Shown: positions 60,515 to 64,000 of the stretch, in pieces
Numbering within the stretch: the first letter of the stretch is position 1
How the letters are laid out: each line of letters opens with the position of its first letter
NCBI GenBank assembly: GCA_963806035.1
Contig: CAWDWO010000008.1
Coordinates: 26,839-90,838, forward strand
Origin: Candidatus Krumholzibacteriota bacterium
GTDB lineage: Bacteria > Krumholzibacteriota > Krumholzibacteriia > JAJRXK01
DNA length: 64,000 nt
Direction of reading: 5' to 3'
Translations under genes and position numbers: made by a program
Notes under the pieces: model-generated
Told to the model about the DNA's origin: nothing
The model's database searches: none
What the model saw: the letters and a program-made list of their open reading frames with translations, nothing else

Positions 60515-63500
60515 TCACTCCAGATTCAGAATGACCGCATCCACTCCGGGCACGGATACTTTCACCGCGCCGTGCGTGACCTTCTGCGCGTCGCCCTCGC
60601 CGTAGAGAAATTCCGCCTTGGCCCCATCGGAGATCCCGGCGTCTCCCAGCGGAACGGTGACCGAGGCGGCGGAATCCCCGTTGTTCAGCACCACGACGAT
60701 GTGCTCCTCACCGAGCTGACGCAAATAGGCAAACACCTGACCCTGAGTGAGCAGTGTCGTGAAATCGCCCAGTGAAAGCGCCTCGTGCTCATGACGCAGG
60801 GCGGTCAGGGCTTCGTAATGCTTGAGCGTCTGCTGTCTGGCCGGAGTCGTCATGCTCGACCAGGGCATGGTCCGGCGGCAGTCGGGATCTTTCCCTCCGG
60901 TGAGCCCGAGTTCATCCCCGTAATAGATGTGTGGAGCACCCACGTAGGTCATGGCGAAGGTCGCGGCCAGGCGCAGTCGTCGCGCGTCGTCCCCCGCCAC
61001 GCGGAGAAAGCGCTCCGTGTCGTGCGAGTCGATCAGATTCATCTGGGCCCGTACCGCCTGAATGGGATAGCGGGTGCGACCCGGCGCCAGCTCCTGGGCG
61101 AAGGTCGCGGCATTGGCCTTCTTCTGAGCGATCCACTTCACGACCGGGTCCTTGAAGTAGCGGTAGTTCATCACCGCGTCGAAGACCTCGGGCGTAATCC
61201 ACTGGGTCGCATCTCCCCAGATTTCACCGATCAGAATGTGATCTGGTTTGACCTTTCGGCATTTTTCCCTGAACAGATGCCAAAACCAGAAGGGAACCTC
61301 GTTGGGAACGTCGAGACGAAAGCCCGACACCCCCATCTTGCCCATCCAGTATTCGGGCGCCTCGAGCACGTAGTTCACGACGTCCCAGTTGGGATCGGCG
61401 TCCTCGATCTTGGTGATCCCATTCTCCTGCGCGTTGGGACGACTGAGGTCGTAATTGAGATTGGGATGCAGACCAAATCCCCACCAGCAGTCGTAGTAGT
61501 CGATGGCATTCTCTCCAGGAGGAAGCGGATAACTGGGCGGGCGCTTCTTCCACTCGTACCAATTGAAATACTTGCTGTCCTTCCAGTTCTTCAACGCGTC
61601 CTGGAAGGCAAAATGACAATCCCCCGTGTGATTGAACGCCATGTCCACGATTACCCGGATGCCGTGATCCAGACATTCCTTGGTGAACTCTTGGAACTCG
61701 GCCTCCGAGCCGAGGTGGGGATCCAGCTTCAAATAATCGCAGGGGTCGTAATGATGATTGCTGCGCGCGTCGGTGATGGGATTGAAGTAGATGATGCTGA
61801 CTCCGAGCTCGGCCAGATAAGGAATCTTCTGGCGCACCCCCTCGATGTCACCCCCGTAGAAACTGTAGTAGTCGGGTTTTCCGTCGGTGCGATAGGGGCT
61901 CTTCACCAGGCCGGAGACGTCGTCCCAGTCCTTTACGAGGTGAAAGTACTCGCCGTTGATTTTCCCGCTGGGCGGCAGGGTTTTGCGACCATCGTAGTAG
62001 GGCTCGTGAAAATCCTGGTCATTGCCGGGATCTCCGTTGGCGAAGCGATCGGGAAAAATCTGGTAGTAGATTCCTTCCTGCGCCCACTGCGGAATGCGAA
62101 AGGGCGGCAGCAGAGTCTGGTTGTACAAAACCCACTGACCGCTCGCGGGTTCCTCAGTGACGAAAGTTCCACCCGAGGTGGCGTAGCGATGGGCGTCGCC
62201 GTCCTTGTATTCGTAGGTAAAGTAGAGATCGCCACCGATCTTGTCGGGCTTCACGACGCTGCGGTAGGTGACGAAGACCGGATCTTTCGCCGCGGGCTTC
62301 ATCTCCACTACGACCGGATTCTCGCCCTCGATCTGGTAGTGCAGCAAAACTCGCTGGACATCGTCACGATACGCTCTGGCCTGAAACTCCAGATGCTCGT
62401 CGTCGACTGCATTGACCGTGGAATAATCGAGCGCGACCTGTAGACCCTTCAGATAGATTTTACCGTCCCCCACCTTCAAGTCCATCTTCTCGTAACTGGC
62501 GTCGACGGTGATGACGCTGTTCTTGCCACCGAACCCGTCGTCGGCGAATGCCTTCGCGCTTTCGTCGGTAATCCAATTCCCATCCACCACGAACTTGTAT
62601 TGGTACTCGCCGGGAGCCAAAAGCAAGGTGGCGGTATAGGTGCCATCGCCGTCGGGATCGGTCATCGGTGTCGCCCCGACGTTCCAGTCGTTGAAGGTCC
62701 CGGCCAGCATCACCTGGTTCACACCCGAGATGACCGGCTGGTAGGAAAAGGTCACGCTGAAGGTGCCGTGAACCGCTTCGTCTCCACCCGTCGTTGCCTT
62801 GGCTCCCTCCGGCTGAGTGCTCGCCGTACCGCCGGTCGTTTCCTTTGCCGTCGACGCTTCCTGGACACCCTCTCCCGCTTTGACGGTGAGTACGCTGTTG
62901 TGACCTCCGAAACCGTCGTCGACCGTCTCGGGATTGTCGGGATCTTCTTTCCAGCTTCCGTCGATGACGAACTTGTACTTGTAGGCGCCGGGCTTCAGCG
63001 GAATGGTCAGTTCGAAGATGCCGTCGCCGTCCGGGTCCTGCATCGGCTGCGCGTTGTCACTCCACGAATTGAACTCCCCTGCCAGATACACGCCCCCCGC
63101 GCCCGGAGCCAGGACGTGAAAGTGCACGTTGCGCTCCCCTGGCGGAGCCGGCGCGACTTCAGTCTTTTTGGCCGGCACGGCGGGCCCCTTCTCTTTGGGA
63201 GTAGGTGTCTTCGCGCTGGCACCGGCTGGAACGCCAACCACCAGCGCTTCCTGCCCGACATGAACGATGCTGTTCTTTCCCCCGTAACCGTCGTCGACGG
63301 TATCGGCGCTGTGGGGGTCGGCGATCCAGTTTCCGTCCGCGACGTACTTGTACTGGTAATCCCCGGGATCCAACTCGAGGGTCACCGTCCAGATCCCGTC
63401 ATCGCCCTTGCTCATGGGCTGTGCGTTAGGCGACCAACCGTTGAATTCTCCCGCGAGAAACACCTGGTTCGCGGCGTTCTCGAAGCGAAAGGTCACGGAG

Positions 63501-63580
63501 GCGGCGGTGGCGACGCTGGCGCCCAGCGCGAGCATGAGGATCGAAGTCAGGAGGATTCGAATCGCGCGAGAGGACATCAT
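60515..63580 (-). CDS. Exported GH13 alpha-glycosidase (neopullulanase/cyclomaltodextrinase-like) with three N-terminal CBM48 domains
   Basis: Signal peptide (ATA), YQIFPDRF, YGGDIEG and NHHYD. Intact catalytic motifs GFRLDVP, IGEIW and DSHDTER, plus DPDCRR. Confidence 0.92.
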   Translation of the reverse strand: MMSSRAIRILLTSILMLALGASVATAASVTFRFENAANQVFLAGEFNGWSPNAQPMSKGDDGIWTVTLELDPGDYQYKYVADGNWIADPHSADTVDDGYGGKNSIVHVGQEALVVGVPAGASAKTPTPKEKGPAVPAKKTEVAPAPPGERNVHFHVLAPGAGGVYLAGEFNSWSDNAQPMQDPDGDGIFELTIPLKPGAYKYKFVIDGSWKEDPDNPETVDDGFGGHNSVLTVKAGEGVQEASTAKETTGGTASTQPEGAKATTGGDEAVHGTFSVTFSYQPVISGVNQVMLAGTFNDWNVGATPMTDPDGDGTYTATLLLAPGEYQYKFVVDGNWITDESAKAFADDGFGGKNSVITVDASYEKMDLKVGDGKIYLKGLQVALDYSTVNAVDDEHLEFQARAYRDDVQRVLLHYQIEGENPVVVEMKPAAKDPVFVTYRSVVKPDKIGGDLYFTYEYKDGDAHRYATSGGTFVTEEPASGQWVLYNQTLLPPFRIPQWAQEGIYYQIFPDRFANGDPGNDQDFHEPYYDGRKTLPPSGKINGEYFHLVKDWDDVSGLVKSPYRTDGKPDYYSFYGGDIEGVRQKIPYLAELGVSIIYFNPITDARSNHHYDPCDYLKLDPHLGSEAEFQEFTKECLDHGIRVIVDMAFNHTGDCHFAFQDALKNWKDSKYFNWYEWKKRPPSYPLPPGENAIDYYDCWWGFGLHPNLNYDLSRPNAQENGITKIEDADPNWDVVNYVLEAPEYWMGKMGVSGFRLDVPNEVPFWFWHLFREKCRKVKPDHILIGEIWGDATQWITPEVFDAVMNYRYFKDPVVKWIAQKKANAATFAQELAPGRTRYPIQAVRAQMNLIDSHDTERFLRVAGDDARRLRLAATFAMTYVGAPHIYYGDELGLTGGKDPDCRRTMPWSSMTTPARQQTLKHYEALTALRHEHEALSLGDFTTLLTQGQVFAYLRQLGEEHIVVVLNNGDSAASVTVPLGDAGISDGAKAEFLYGEGDAQKVTHGAVKVSVPGVDAVILNLE

Positions 63581-63712
63581 GGGGACTCTCCCGATAAGAA
63601 GAGGATGACGGCAGACGAAAAAGTCTGAGCCAGGGACAGAAATCCTAGCATTCCGGGGAGTCGAAAGAAAGAAAAGGAACCCCAAAGCTCCGATTTGAGT
63701 GCCTACTTCCCC

Positions 63713-64000
63713 TCAGCGCTGCTCCTGAACCCCGAGCGCTCCGGAGGGCACCAGGTCCTCGTCGATCGCGCGCAAAAACTCCGCCAGCGACCAGGCCTGG
63801 AAAGTGGCGCCGCCGAACTCCTCGGTCTCCTCCGTCATTCCTCCGTCACGGATTTCACGGATGGCGCCGACGGCACCGTGATCGAGCACCTCGCCGACCA
63901 GGGGCTCCAGCATGGAAAGCGCATCGTCGGTCCGCCCCACGAGACACAGGGCATGGATCATGGGACCACTCAGCCAGTACCACACGTCCCCATTGTGATA
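63713..64000 (-). CDS. Amylo-alpha-1,6-glucosidase / glycogen debranching enzyme C-terminus (5' part outside the window)
   Basis: The frame from 64000 reads YHNGDVWYWLSGP...GAIREIRDG...GATFQAWSLAEFLR. Confidence 0.85.
   Translation of the reverse strand, partial: YHNGDVWYWLSGPMIHALCLVGRTDDALSMLEPLVGEVLDHGAVGAIREIRDGGMTEETEEFGGATFQAWSLAEFLRAIDEDLVPSGALGVQEQR

Noticed and set aside
1..64000. rRNA, tRNA, integrase, transposase, prophage or defence genes
   Set aside because: None recognised by eye. tRNAscan-SE and Rfam scans were not run, so small RNAs could be missed.

Overview
GC-rich bacterial chromosomal window with about 50 CDS. I found no rRNA, tRNA, CRISPR array or mobile element. FlgD/T9SS-like C-terminal domains, a PorV-like gene and a terminal 'SWGxLKxxY' motif suggest an FCB-group candidate lineage such as Krumholzibacteriota, Eisenbacteria or Latescibacterota (inference only). 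The first ~40 kb holds housekeeping, redox and metal genes: phoU-like, nptA, tal, rpiB, egtB, aconitase, SCO, DUF420, a fused ctaA-ctaB, globin, gpmA, a HAL-family lyase with an Ala-Cys-Gly MIO motif, cydAB, ahpC, bacilliredoxin and sppA. It also holds an 88-aa bacterial histone with a lysine-rich N-terminal tail. The last ~23 kb (40.6-64 kb, running off the window end) is an alpha-glucan (starch/glycogen) utilization locus with unusual architecture. It encodes a debranching enzyme, an exported 3xCBM48-GH13, a ~1,900-aa apparently non-catalytic surface scaffold translationally coupled to a PorV-like barrel, and two further predicted outer-membrane barrels, one fused to CBM48. It also encodes a 2xCBM48 lipoprotein, MalEFG, two CBM20-like secreted proteins and a CBM-fused esterase. 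No SusC/SusD or LamB gene is visible in the window. Three genes carry net +1 frameshifts, which are probably assembly errors. All family calls come from motif recognition by eye; no searches were run.
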